A stretch of 64,000 nt of DNA from Oculina patagonica (GCF_052425735.1 NC_135763.1:19716001-19780000), one strand, 5' to 3'. Positions 51,205 to 63,046 are shown, numbered from the stretch's first letter. Notes: a model not told the origin generated them from the letters alone. Translations and numbers: made by a program.

Positions 51205-53552
51205 ATTAAGCAATGGAGGACTTTTTCCGTGCTTACATAGCCTCATCTAAACACGAGGGGGTTGGGAGAATTCGAGACAGTTATGCAAACCCTCGACTAC
51301 GTCTCGGGTTTGCATAACTTTCGAGAATTCTCCCAACCCCCCGAGTTTAAGTGTTTAGATGGGGCTATGTAAGCACGGAAAAAAGTCCTCTATTGCTTTT
51401 ATAAAATATTTCTCAAAAATAATTAGACAAATGACGGTAAGTATTTATTTACTGCTTGATTGAAATACATTTTCTCAATACCCGCGCTGGACAATCGCAT
51501 TTGCTTCTAGCCAATCAAAACGCGCTTCTGACAACACATGAACCAATCAAAATTCTTGTTACAAAAGTGAAAATCAAGTTGAAGTGGCAAGCGCTTGTGA
51601 GCGCTGTGTAGACGAAAGCGATTTCAGCTTTGAATCCTCGTTGAACTTGCACAAAAATACCGAAAGATCGGCACAAAATAGAAAAACTGTCAAAATACGG
51701 TTCTTTAAGGGAAATACTTCAAAATGAGGAGTTAAACTGAGCTGAAAGTCAGTGTTACTGTGACTGATCGCCCTTGAAAGTGATGTGCACTTGGCCGATT
51801 TGGCAGCCCGAGAACATGGTTGAGAAGTTGAGTCGTTCGTCGTGCCTTGTGAAGTTCTGCTGGCTAGGAACCATAGCACAAGCAGCGGATCCAAAATGTT
51901 GACGTTGTTGCTGGTTACCTTGGAAGATTTGCATCTGCTGATCGGCTTGTGGGTTTAGGGCAGATGAGAGAACATTGCTGCACGCCTGGAGCTGCTGAGA
52001 CGATGGACGAGCATTCTAGCTCTTGAGGGAATTTTCATTCCTGTGGCCAGACAGCGTCATGATATGGCGATTCGACCACAGTGTAATAGCAGATTCGATT
52101 CGACCACAGTGTAATAGCTGTTGCTCCGATGCAGTGGTTAGTATACACTTGAGAAAGATTGGCCGCTTTGCTGAGCTCTTTCATCATGCTCCCGAGCTTG
52201 TTTGTGCCGACACGTCGATTTTCGAACCACACGGATTCCTCTGGCCTCTTCCAGAATCGCTTCGGGAACTGGAAAAGAGCGCTGCAATTAGGGTTGAGCT
52301 TTCTGCAGTACAGTTGCAAGGCATTAAATCCGTCATTCCGGTGCTCAGTCTGGTACATTCTTCCAAGCTTCTTGTAATTTGTGGCGGTGTCATCTATCCC
52401 GCCTTGGCGTGTTTTGCTTGACTCGTTGTGGGCCATGGTAGCGTACCATTTGTTGTTTTCATCCTGGAGGAATAGGAAACTGGACTTCGTCAAGTTTCTC
52501 TGCCCTTCCCGTCCACGTCGACAGAAATACAGGGTGACATGAAACCAGACATTGTATAGGAGGCCTTGAGGAGTTGTTGGACTGATAACGTCGCTCTCTT
52601 TCAGACTCCGTAAATCCTCACGCTCGATGGCAGGTTTGTGTTTGACATTTTGTTCCCCGTGCTTCTTCATATCTTTCAGTTTGGCGTCTAACATTTGGTT
52701 GGACTGCTGGAAAGCTGGATCAGTTGCAATGTGTATGCCTTTCTTGTGTGGTGGATTGTTCAGATAGCGCTCTCAGAACCATTTCTGAATCCCAGTAGTG
52801 TGCTTCGGCTGTAGTTTCCGCCGTCTTTGGTCCGTGCCTCGGCATAAAATAGCCTTAAATTGGCATCCAATTCCTCTTTGCTTTGCACAGCAATATCACC
52901 ATTAATTCTTCTGGCCGAAGCCCATTCTGAATGAAAAAAGTTTACAATTTTTATTGCCAATGTAACATCAGAGTTTTAAGCTGAAAAAGTTTCAGAGAAA
53001 ATATATTGTATGCATATTTGACAGAAAAAAGACGGCAACCGACCGGCCGTTCAAAGCTTGTTTTGAAACATTTACAGTGTAGATTATAGTTTGGTATGCA
53101 TTTTCTTGTCCATGTTTAAATAAAGAATGTCTTCTATACAGTTTTATTGTTCTACTTTTATGCAGTTTTTACCTTGAATAACGTTTAAGGCGTATTTTGT
53201 CGCATATTTTGTGGATTTGGCTTGTGCTCCCTCGACGAGGTCGTCCAGTTCACGATCATCAAGTTGGACAAAACGCTCGGAATTTTCTTCTTTCTTTTGC
53301 CTTTTCTTCTCAGGCTCAGTGGAAAGAAGACAGTCAAACCCCAAATCAAAACAGGGCAAAACTTCCTCCATTTCTTAGCATTTATACTGTACGATAATTT
53401 TTTCTACGAGGCTTTAGGCGAAAGCTTAAAACATTTTCAAATTGAGCCGGGAAACAGAGAAAGCGTGACGTCACAACTGTGTTCACATACTCTTATTTAA
53501 ACACACCTATCGACCAATGAGAGCGCGCGTACTATTTTAATTTTTTTATAAT
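51205..53552 (-). mobile_element. Crypton-type tyrosine-recombinase DNA element
   Basis: Terminal hairpin 5 (51208-51398), spliced YR gene on the minus strand, distal motif CCAATGAGAGCGCGCGTACTATT; AATTAA at both boundaries. The paralogous region ~55555-55680 lacks the insertion. Confidence 0.85.
51900..53371 (-). pseudogene. DUF3504-like tyrosine recombinase pseudogene
   Basis: Exon 53371-53173, GT-AG intron, exon from 52926. Motifs FCRRGRE, YTNHCIGAT (HxxR Arg replaced by Gly) and SGHRNENSLKS* (expected catalytic Tyr is TAG, 52018-52016). Frameshifts at ~52775 and at a duplication ~52068-52118. Confidence 0.85.
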
Positions 53553-54276
53553 TAATGGTAGATATGCTGTCCTTACCAGCTGACATCTAATTCTTCAGTA
53601 TTTTTTCCTTTTTAATTTTAAACATTCGAAATATTTTTCATGAAGTTAGCTAGTATTTCTTTTCCCCCCTGGATGGGATGCAAGTCCATCGCGGGGTTAC
53701 CCCCCGCAGTAAATTCGCCGGTTCCCCAGGTGAAGAGCTCCTGTTCTCGCAAATTCTGCGTTATCCCTCAGTTTGATTCAGTTGCAATCAGCTTTTCCAT
53801 AGTTTGAGCGTTTGCGCACGATTGATTTAGTGGAAGACCTTAAAACAAAGCTGTTATAAATGCGATGAAGCTATACTTAAACTACTTATGCCTTCGACTC
53901 AAATGTTTAGTTCTCAGGGCTAACTTAAAACTTTCAACGAAATGTTTTAAAACCAATTGTTTTACACGCTTTTGTATTTCTCTCAAATTGGGTGAAAACA
54001 ATGTAAATTGGCTCCCCAAAATTAATTTATGTTTTGCTAAACTAGAGTGAATAAATAAAATATTTCCGAGAAAGGATTCAGTGCATTGACACCTTCGGAC
54101 AACGCCACGAAAGGCGAAGGCAGGCGAAGTTTGTACACAGCTGTTTCAATGCACGTTTTATTTTCCATATTATATGCCTTTTTATTCGGCTTTCAACCTG
54201 TGCCAATTTTTTTTTCGGGCAAAAAAGGTCTCCGCACCCCCAGGACCGAAGGTGCCCGTACGCCTATGACGATTAC

Positions 54277-55154
54277 GAAGTTGTGTCTGTAATACCGGTC
54301 TGGCCGATATGGCTTGTAAAACTGATTTTGCTCATTTCTTGTGTGATGCAAGACTGTCATGTACTTATACTAAAACCACAATTCGCTTGACCGGATCATT
54401 CATTTTTTTCGAGTTTTTAAGGATTTTCGGGTCACCTGAACGAGCGCTCGTAACGACCACTGTCAAGGCTTAAATTTACCACAACTTTGAAAATTAATTA
54501 AAAAAGAACTAACAACTTCTGTACCAAACAAACATCACAGCCAATTACTATCATGTCTTTTTAATTTATCACACCAACTTTCATGAACGTTGAGCTCGAA
54601 TTTAGCCAGCAGCAAAACATTAAAGACACCCCTATAACACACCTTAATTGATGAAACACTTGAAAACGGCTCAGATTCAAACTTTTATTTTTGCAGCCAT
54701 TTTGAGGGACTCGTCAGGACGAGGCGTTTCATCAACTGGCTTCGCAGACATACCTTAAACCATCAGAAATAAATAAAAAATAGATATAAATGCATTGCAG
54801 TTCAATTGAAAGAGAATAAATCGTGTTTAAAAATGGAAGCTCGAGTTACATTTTGATTGTTACGGAGGTAAGGTTGTTATTGTTCGAATTTTGCTCGATG
54901 ATTCCACTAGAAATAACAATATTTGACATACAAACTTCGACTTGATGTAGTCTATAAATCAGGTTGGGGTAAATTTAAGCCTTGACAGTGGTCGTTACTA
55001 GCGCTCGTTCGGGTGAACTCGAAGAAAATGAATGATCCGGTCAAGCGAATTGTGGTTTTAGTATAAGTACATGACAGTCTTGTAACACACAAGAAATGAG
55101 CGAAATCTATTTTCCAAGCCAGATCGGCCAGACCGGCATTACAGACACAACCTC
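54277..55154. mobile_element. MITE with ~200-bp inverted arms (Kolobok-like)
   Basis: 54277-54482 is the reverse complement of 54967-55154; the right end is followed by TTAA, the left TTAA is degenerate. Confidence 0.75.
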
Positions 55155-56587
55155 TTAAGGCCCAATCCACCACCGCTATAAATTGCATAATTGCGCACTT
55201 CACAGAAACCGTGAGATTTTTTGTGATTGAAATATATGTTTCGTCTCCAAATCTTTCTTGTTACCTGTGTTTTTTAGGTAAGAAATACACGTTTCCTTGC
55301 ACAAAACTACATTAAATGATGTAGTACAGCTTACGGCGAGACAAACAAACACGTAATGAACTACGAGCGCTGTGAAACCGGCAAAATCCGCGGTTCTGCA
55401 AAGTTTGGTTGACACGTATGATGTCCTGGTAAAAATGCGATCTATTTCTACGTCCGTAAACCATTCTCTCGTGTGTTCTTCGTGGCATTATCTCTTCCTC
55501 ATCCGCGTTACACTATGGTGATCTATAGCTAATTCGACGCTATTAAACAGGAGCGAGAAGTAATAGAAGTACTGAATAGAACGTACACCCAGCGCTACAG
55601 AATGGAAGGCTGTTTCGCTCGCGAATAAGCACCTATCTCTTACTCTCCGTAATAGCTGATATTTAATTCTTTAGTATTTTGTTTAAGCTCTTGCAATAGG
55701 GTATTCGAACATGCGACTCTCCATCTACGGCTAGAAGACCATCTTAATAAGAAATCATGGAAAAACTGACATGGATTTTTAAAAGCGGTAAACAGTGAGA
55801 CCCGTTACGAATTACGTTAAGTTAAAAATCTGGACACAGTTATATATTGCAAAGTTATTATTTTAATCAAGGAATAACTTTCTACTAATTTCAAGTTAAC
55901 GCATTTTTCTTCTAGTCACCCATACAGCGACGGTGGTAAAGTAATTTCGGTTGTAATGTATACTAATGTTACTGAAGAGCTAACATATCAACAAAACAAA
56001 CAAGCCATGGCACCCCTACTTATTTTAAATTAACTTATCTCTCTGCAAGATACCTGCCTGGCGGGGCAAGGTACTTCTGGTGCGCCTAGACCAACATTGA
56101 CTTCTACAACTATTTAAATAGTCATATGGACATTTTTTTAAAATTTATTTCTAAGCAACAAGCTGTATTTCACTTCTAGACACTGTAATGTACTGAGTGA
56201 CTCACAGATTGATATAGGAGACAGCCTCTAACAGTCCTACTCATCAGTTTCAAGTCACCTTATTTCTCTGCTAACCACTCACCAGCCCGCAGGCGTGGCA
56301 AAATACTTCTTGTACGCTTCGAGCACTTCTTACGCTTCGTGTCGCAATTTTCGGTTCATCCATTATCTAATAATTACACGTAAAGCACGGACCAATTCTA
56401 ATATGAATTTTGAGGAACAAGTTACACTATAATTTTGCACGGATTAAAAGCTAAAAAATGTTTAGTCAATGAATCTCATAGTGATCTTACTCAATTCAAG
56501 TCAAGTTATTTCCGTCCCTGTTAGCAAGCCACTCACCCATGGAAGCCAAGCACTGCTGGTGGGCCTCAAGCTTAAGCAAGACGTACG

Positions 56588-56675
56588 TACGCCCTCGGGT
56601 TTCGTAACGGATGAATATATCACATACCCCCTCGCTCCAGGTGAACAGGTGAATAACCCTTTCTTATATCATTAT
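56588..56675 (-). mobile_element. Half GA-hairpin truncated at its apical loop
   Basis: Minus strand ..CCT-GGAG-CGAG-GGGGTATGTG..AAACC-CGAG-GGC-GTA, then unrelated sequence. Confidence 0.45.
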
Positions 56676-57093
56676 TATCTCGAGATCTCCCAACTTTCCG
56701 CGTCTGTCCGTAACTCAATAAACGGACGCTTTCCAAAGACCACTCGTTTAATTCATGGATTGTACTGTACTGAACTGCTAATTAACTGCGAAACAACACC
56801 CGTATTTCTTTAAAAGATTCGCGATCATACGATAGATCACAAACACCCAGGGCATGGCGTCCTTAATAAACACACGTGTGCATGTTAAAACAATGATTGA
56901 AAAATATTGAAATATTTTACCACTAATTGTGGGAGTGTCCCGCCTAATAGATAATCTGGAGGAAAGGAAATAATATGATTGGTATAAGTCACACTACGAA
57001 TAAATAGAACACAAGCAAAAATGCATTACATAACAAGGCAGATATCTGAAATTTTCAAGCGAGCCAATAAATACCCGAGAAGATTGATCAAAC

Positions 57094-57940
57094 TGTCACG
57101 AGAGGAAATAGACCCCTATCTAAGTATAAGGAAAGGAACTTAGCAAATACCTCAGAACCAGGAAATAACTATGAATTTGCACATGAATAGACTAAAGGCA
57201 GTACTTAACACCACGTCTGTCATATTTTCAATAGAAATCATGTTTGTACAATGTCAGTAGTTTTCAATAGAACACATGCTCGTACATTGTTAGTTAAGAA
57301 ATAGTTTGCATATCAAAAGAACATCTGCCTCGCTGTAACAATACGCAGTAGACAACACGTGCGTTTTCAATAAGGTAACTTAGATATTCGTAGAGAAACT
57401 GCACAGATGTACGCTTTGTTACTTTATGAAGATTGAGATTTAGCCAATCAGATGTCCTGTAACTATCAGCCAACACGTGTGCTAGTGTTAAAAGTCTTTG
57501 TAAACCTTTGTATTAGCGGGCACCTGTGTAAACATTGTATGGTATATAAGTAACGCGAAAACTGTTGTAAATCGATTACCTTGAGGATTACCTACGATTG
57601 TCCATAACGAGCTGTGAAATGCTGAGAAGTTTACTCTACAATAAAGAAGTCTGATGTGAACCAGAAGAGTTTCAGTGATTGCTGCCGCTTCCTCGCTTCT
57701 TGGGACGTAGAAACTAGACTCTGTACTTCTGGCAAACTGTAACGAGTGCCGGCTGCAAAGCGGTTAGTTCTACCGAGCTATTCCCCGTCCCCGTACCGAT
57801 CAAGTCTTCGTTAGCAAAACCCTGTTTGCTAACCAATTCCGTCTCGCGCCCACGCGAAGAATTCATCCCGTCAAGTTCCATATTTGCCAAGCTCGCTAGT
57901 GTTGGCAAAGCGCTCTACAGCCCTAAAACTTATCGTTACA
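57094..57940 (+). repeat. 5' LTR
   Basis: Matches 62123-62969; I saw one mismatch by eye (57215 G vs 62244 T). TATATAA and AATAAA lie inside. Confidence 0.96.
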
Positions 57941-57941
57941 T

Positions 57942-57958
57942 TGGTGGAGAATCACGGC
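57942..57958 (+). promoter_or_regulatory. Primer-binding site, probably tRNA-Ala
   Basis: TGGTGGAGAAT is complementary to the ..ATTCTCCACCA 3' end known from tRNA-Ala(AGC). Confidence 0.65.
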
Positions 57959-58312
57959 TGTTTCTACAGTTCTCACAGCGACCGAGAAGACGGAAAATCA
58001 CTGGACGATCGCCTGGACTACACTACTTTCAAGGTAATCCCTCGGAAACGAAATCTTTCCGAGTATCCGTTGTTTATCATTTCGGAATCGCTTATTTAAA
58101 CATTAAGTGATCGCACGGAGGTTTAACGCCTCGTGTTTATCCACGCAGTTAAATATTGCGTATTTACCCACGAACTCTGTTCGTTTACAAAGCAGAAATT
58201 AAACTGTTTTTGTCCGTATATATCGCATTTTCGTAGCTTTAAGTTAGAGCTTTGTTATCGAAAGATAGCAACCTTTACTTACGAACATTACGCTTACTCG
58301 CATGACGTGCGA

Positions 58313-60422
58313 ATGACAAAAGGGAAGCGTACAACTCGTTATAATCTACGGAAAAGAATCAAAGCCCTTACCAGATCAAGCAAAAAGAAAAGTAGAAAAA
58401 CCGTCGAAACTACAGACTGTCCCTGTCCACCGGGATATTTTGACTCACAAACCGGAATTTGCCATTGTGATTGTCACCGCCACGACAACACGGAACCCAT
58501 CCACGAACTTAGCGGATCGCCCCGCCAAAATAGTTCAGCTTCGCCCAGTATATTACAACAAGAATATTTACGTCAACTCAACCACGAAACCGCCTCCCAG
58601 GCCGGACAACCCAGTCCATCCACGAGTTTCTTACCCGCCACCCAGGCCGGACAACCCAGTCCATCCACGAGTTGTTTACCCGCCACCCAGGCCGGACAAT
58701 CCAGTCCATCCACGAGTTTTTTACCCGCCACCCAGGCCGGACAACCCAGTCCCTCCACGGCCCTTCACGCCGTTTATACTCCAGAGGAAAGCTCGTCCCG
58801 TAGTACTACACCGGACCTCGACGAAGAAAATAGCAATTCAGAGAACGAGTCTGAACAAGACGAGGACGAAACCACACCCCTTTTACCCTCCTCGTCCCGT
58901 AAAAAGACAGTTTCTATACCCCCTGAAATAGAAACAGAAAAAGCACACACCGATAAAGGACACATTGCCTCTATATCTTCTGGCTCGCCGATCAATTCTA
59001 GTCAAGAAAGTTTAAACGATCTTACAATGGATTCAGACGACATGACCGATCTTCAACGACAAATGGTCAACCTTCAACACCAAATGTGCAGACAACTTGA
59101 AGCAGCACAAGCTTCGTTACAAATCCCTACTGTGGCCGAGTCTACAGTGGCCAAACCTACTCCATTTCACGGACGAGAAAACGAAAATGTCGACCGCTGG
59201 CTACAACGCTTTGCTCTTTACCTTGCTAATAGAAAAATACACCCAGACAGCGATCAAGCGGCCGTTCAGTTGGCCTTACACCTATCTGGCCCAGCAGAAT
59301 CGTTTTATTACAACCTCTCCAACACAGTACAAGCTTCCTATGATGCACTTAAAGAAGCACTAAAGGAACGTTTTTCTCCTGCACATCGCCATCTCAGACT
59401 CCGACAAGCACTCTCCACTAGACGCCAAGGACCTAACGAGTCCATTGAAAACTTTCTCGCAGATTTAAACGAGAAATTTAGCTGCCTAGATTTACGTGAT
59501 GAGGACAAACTAAGCTATCTTATTCAAGGTTTACGCGCTGATATTCAAGCTGACGTTTTAAAGAAGGAACCCAAGACTTATGCAGCGGCCGAAGATACTG
59601 CAAGATTAATCTATTCCATCCAGCAATCATTGCAACAGCGACGGGAAGAGGATATTTCACGTCTCGTTCAGAACGCAAAGCCTGCCACAAGCTCAGACAA
59701 CACCAGAATGGACAAGCTTGAGAAAAACATTGAAAAACTAATGTCCCGACTAGAGCAAAAGCCGCAGGATCTTCAGACCTCCCCTCAAAACCCTATGGAG
59801 AGTAAAATCGCCGCATTTCAGCCGATGTTGACACAGCCCTCAGAAGCTGAACAGTTAGCAAATTTACAACAACAAATGCACCAACTCCAACACATTATTT
59901 TTGGAACTCAGGCTATTGCAGCCTACCAACCCACACCAAGAGAGAACGTTAACCGCGACACTACGAACAACAGCGAAATTCAGCGTTTACGAGAGGAAAT
60001 TCGCCAATTAAAGACTGCCCAGAGAGATTTTCAACCTCAGAGAGAAAGAACCGCTGATAACTATGACAGAAATAGAGCCTCACCCGATACCACCTCTGAA
60101 TTATCCCGTGCATTAGAGGAAATTCGCAGAATGCAAGTCCCGCATGGATGGATTTATGCGTACTTATGCATCCCGAAGATCCATTTGTGACATTTGTGGG
60201 AAAGCTGGTCACGTGAGACAAAATTGCTACCATAGATTCCAACAGAGTCCAAGCTATCGCCAGCCCCAAGCAGTTCACACTAACAGCAACACTCAAGAAA
60301 ACGAGCCCAGAATCGCTGCCTTTGCGCAAGGAGTACCCTCGCCTAATAATCAGCCCTTCAGCGAATCAAATACGCAGAATGAGCAAGTTGAACGTGTGTC
60401 ACCCGATATCAAACTCACCTGA
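58313..60422 (+). CDS. gag: Gag (capsid-like domain plus CCHC zinc knuckle reached by a +1 frame change near 60140)
   Basis: KPTPFHGRENENVDRWLQRF..HLSGPAESFY..LKERFS..RRQGPNESIENF..LIQGLR; CDICGKAGHVRQNC lies in the next frame (60144-60422). Start placed at the first ATG of ORF 58133-60190. Confidence 0.85.
58596..58760 (+). repeat. 45-bp coding tandem repeat (~3.5 copies, ATQAGQPSPSTSFLP)
   Basis: CCCAGGCCGGACAA at 58596, 58641, 58686 and 58731. Confidence 0.9.
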
Positions 60423-61653
60423 GAGTTCAGAAGTTCCAACTATTAGCACTATTGATACCATCACAGTCAGCAGTCCATCTGAGACGAATGCAAACGAGAA
60501 GCAACCGAGTGAAACTAAGACGGACCTTGTCACCATTTCCAAGCATCATGCCAAAGCTGCCTCTGTAAAATCCCTTCGCAACAATAGCAACCAAGAGCTA
60601 GTTATTCGAATAGAAGTTTGTACCACAGACAGGCCCAGTGACATGAAGAGCAATGTAATTCCTACCGTGCCTGAAGAAAATCTGGCATATGAAGAGCTGA
60701 CCTTACCAGAAAGTAGCAACTCAAAACTGGAACCAAACCGAGCAGCCAAGGCAAAAGTGCACCACGACAATGCCCCTTCGCAGAACCAAAAACGGAAAAA
60801 GAAAGATCGAACGTCTACAGACTTTTCAAAAGGCGAAAGTCTACCTTCCAAACAAGAGCAACGCAATGCCTTCGTTACATCCAAAATACATGGTTGTCCC
60901 GTTGACCTCTTAGTTGATTCAGGAGCCTGTATCTCCGTAATAGACGCCGCATTCTTACAAGAAGCTTTTCCCGAAGGGACCTCACCCATCATTGTCCCAA
61001 GCACTTATTCACGAGTGGATACAGTTAGTGGCGAGAAACTACCGACAGCTGGAAAGATCGAAGTCCCCTTGTCATTCAACGGAAGAGAATTTCCCTGTCA
61101 GTTCCACGTTATAGAAAATATGACCACCAACGCTGTTCTTGGTCGAGATTTCCTATTGACCAATGATGCGATTATTAATTTTGCAGACGGAACACTGAAA
61201 CTTGACAACACTCACGCCATCACGTTGTCTCTAAAAGCAACACCTGCACGACCTTTGGCCACTTTAACAGTTCAAACTAGTCAACGACAAAATAACGACA
61301 AACCAGCACCGACCTTTTCCAACTTTGCTCGTGGTCCATCTATTTTCCAGTGTAAGAAGACAGCTATCTTCTTTCTTAAATTCCTCATCATTTTGCTGTT
61401 GCTGTCCCCTCATGGACATGCTAGAGGTCAGGACCTGAAATTATCGACCGAAATCACCACAAGCACCGCAGTCTACATCTGTCCAGATTCTTCAAGTGTC
61501 CACAGCGAATGTTCACTGGATAACGTCCAACCTAGTCCAGTTCCAAGTCCAAAGTTACTGTTTGTCATCACACCCGTCCGCCTGAAAAGACACATCTCCG
61601 TTTCCCGCTCTGCGATGGTCACTGAGTTTCATCACAAGATGCTGCCAGGATAA
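60322..61653 (+). CDS. Retropepsin aspartic protease ORF with hydrophobic C-terminal extension
   Basis: LLVDSGACISVI and VLGRDFL motifs; no RT, RNase H or integrase motifs before the PPT. Confidence 0.85.
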   Translation: MRKEYPRLIISPSANQIRRMSKLNVCHPISNSPESSEVPTISTIDTITVSSPSETNANEKQPSETKTDLVTISKHHAKAASVKSLRNNSNQELVIRIEVCTTDRPSDMKSNVIPTVPEENLAYEELTLPESSNSKLEPNRAAKAKVHHDNAPSQNQKRKKKDRTSTDFSKGESLPSKQEQRNAFVTSKIHGCPVDLLVDSGACISVIDAAFLQEAFPEGTSPIIVPSTYSRVDTVSGEKLPTAGKIEVPLSFNGREFPCQFHVIENMTTNAVLGRDFLLTNDAIINFADGTLKLDNTHAITLSLKATPARPLATLTVQTSQRQNNDKPAPTFSNFARGPSIFQCKKTAIFFLKFLIILLLLSPHGHARGQDLKLSTEITTSTAVYICPDSSSVHSECSLDNVQPSPVPSPKLLFVITPVRLKRHISVSRSAMVTEFHHKMLPG

Positions 61654-62122
61654 CGTTATCAATCCGAAGATAGCTTACGAAGAGGCCCATATTTACGGAA
61701 AACGAAAGGACCGGACTTCCACACAAGAATTATCTCTGAGAAAATGAACACTTATGAACATATTATACGACAAGTATCCTTCGGCGAGTTCCCGCCACAG
61801 TCCGTCAATACAAGTCATTTTACGATTAAGCCGACTAGCTCCCAGCGATGTATTACCACTAAGTATAGTACAGTTATAGCATCCTTATCAAAATATATTT
61901 CAAAATTGATCAAGTTTAGATGATACCAAGTTAAGCAGTCTATTAAAAACGTCGAAATATTAACAAAATCTCCACGTTAATTGATCCTCATTTTATTGAA
62001 ATACATGTATCAGTGAAACATATCCAATTTTACAATCGTCTTGCTTACCAAATTAAATCACTTACCAGTAACCATTTCTGAGACTTTCGAAAACCAGGAG
62101 GTTTTCATTTTAAGGTGGGAGG

Positions 62123-62969
62123 TGTCACGAGAGGAAATAGACCCCTATCTAAGTATAAGGAAAGGAACTTAGCAAATACCTCAGAACCAGGAAATAACTA
62201 TGAATTTGCACATGAATAGACTAAAGGCAGTACTTAACACCACTTCTGTCATATTTTCAATAGAAATCATGTTTGTACAATGTCAGTAGTTTTCAATAGA
62301 ACACATGCTCGTACATTGTTAGTTAAGAAATAGTTTGCATATCAAAAGAACATCTGCCTCGCTGTAACAATACGCAGTAGACAACACGTGCGTTTTCAAT
62401 AAGGTAACTTAGATATTCGTAGAGAAACTGCACAGATGTACGCTTTGTTACTTTATGAAGATTGAGATTTAGCCAATCAGATGTCCTGTAACTATCAGCC
62501 AACACGTGTGCTAGTGTTAAAAGTCTTTGTAAACCTTTGTATTAGCGGGCACCTGTGTAAACATTGTATGGTATATAAGTAACGCGAAAACTGTTGTAAA
62601 TCGATTACCTTGAGGATTACCTACGATTGTCCATAACGAGCTGTGAAATGCTGAGAAGTTTACTCTACAATAAAGAAGTCTGATGTGAACCAGAAGAGTT
62701 TCAGTGATTGCTGCCGCTTCCTCGCTTCTTGGGACGTAGAAACTAGACTCTGTACTTCTGGCAAACTGTAACGAGTGCCGGCTGCAAAGCGGTTAGTTCT
62801 ACCGAGCTATTCCCCGTCCCCGTACCGATCAAGTCTTCGTTAGCAAAACCCTGTTTGCTAACCAATTCCGTCTCGCGCCCACGCGAAGAATTCATCCCGT
62901 CAAGTTCCATATTTGCCAAGCTCGCTAGTGTTGGCAAAGCGCTCTACAGCCCTAAAACTTATCGTTACA
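62123..62969 (+). repeat. 3' LTR
   Basis: Matches the 5' LTR; followed by TSD AAAC. Confidence 0.96.
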
Positions 62970-63046
62970 AAACAAACTGAAAGCATCTTTCGACAAAGAA
63001 ATAACAGTTTGCCGCCAAAAAGTGCCTTTATCAGGAGCGAAGAACA

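Larger units (their letters stand above)
57094..62969 (+). mobile_element. Young non-autonomous Ty3/Gypsy-type LTR retrotransposon (gag + protease only)
   Basis: 847-bp TG..CA LTRs at 57094-57940 and 62123-62969; 4-bp TSD AAAC; PBS TGGTGGAGAAT at 57942; purine-rich tract AAGGTGGGAGG at 62112-62122. Confidence 0.96.

Noticed and set aside
61366-62100. env gene in the LTR element
   Set aside because: Only one hydrophobic stretch is present, in frame with the protease, and there is no long ORF or recognisable fusion-protein motif.
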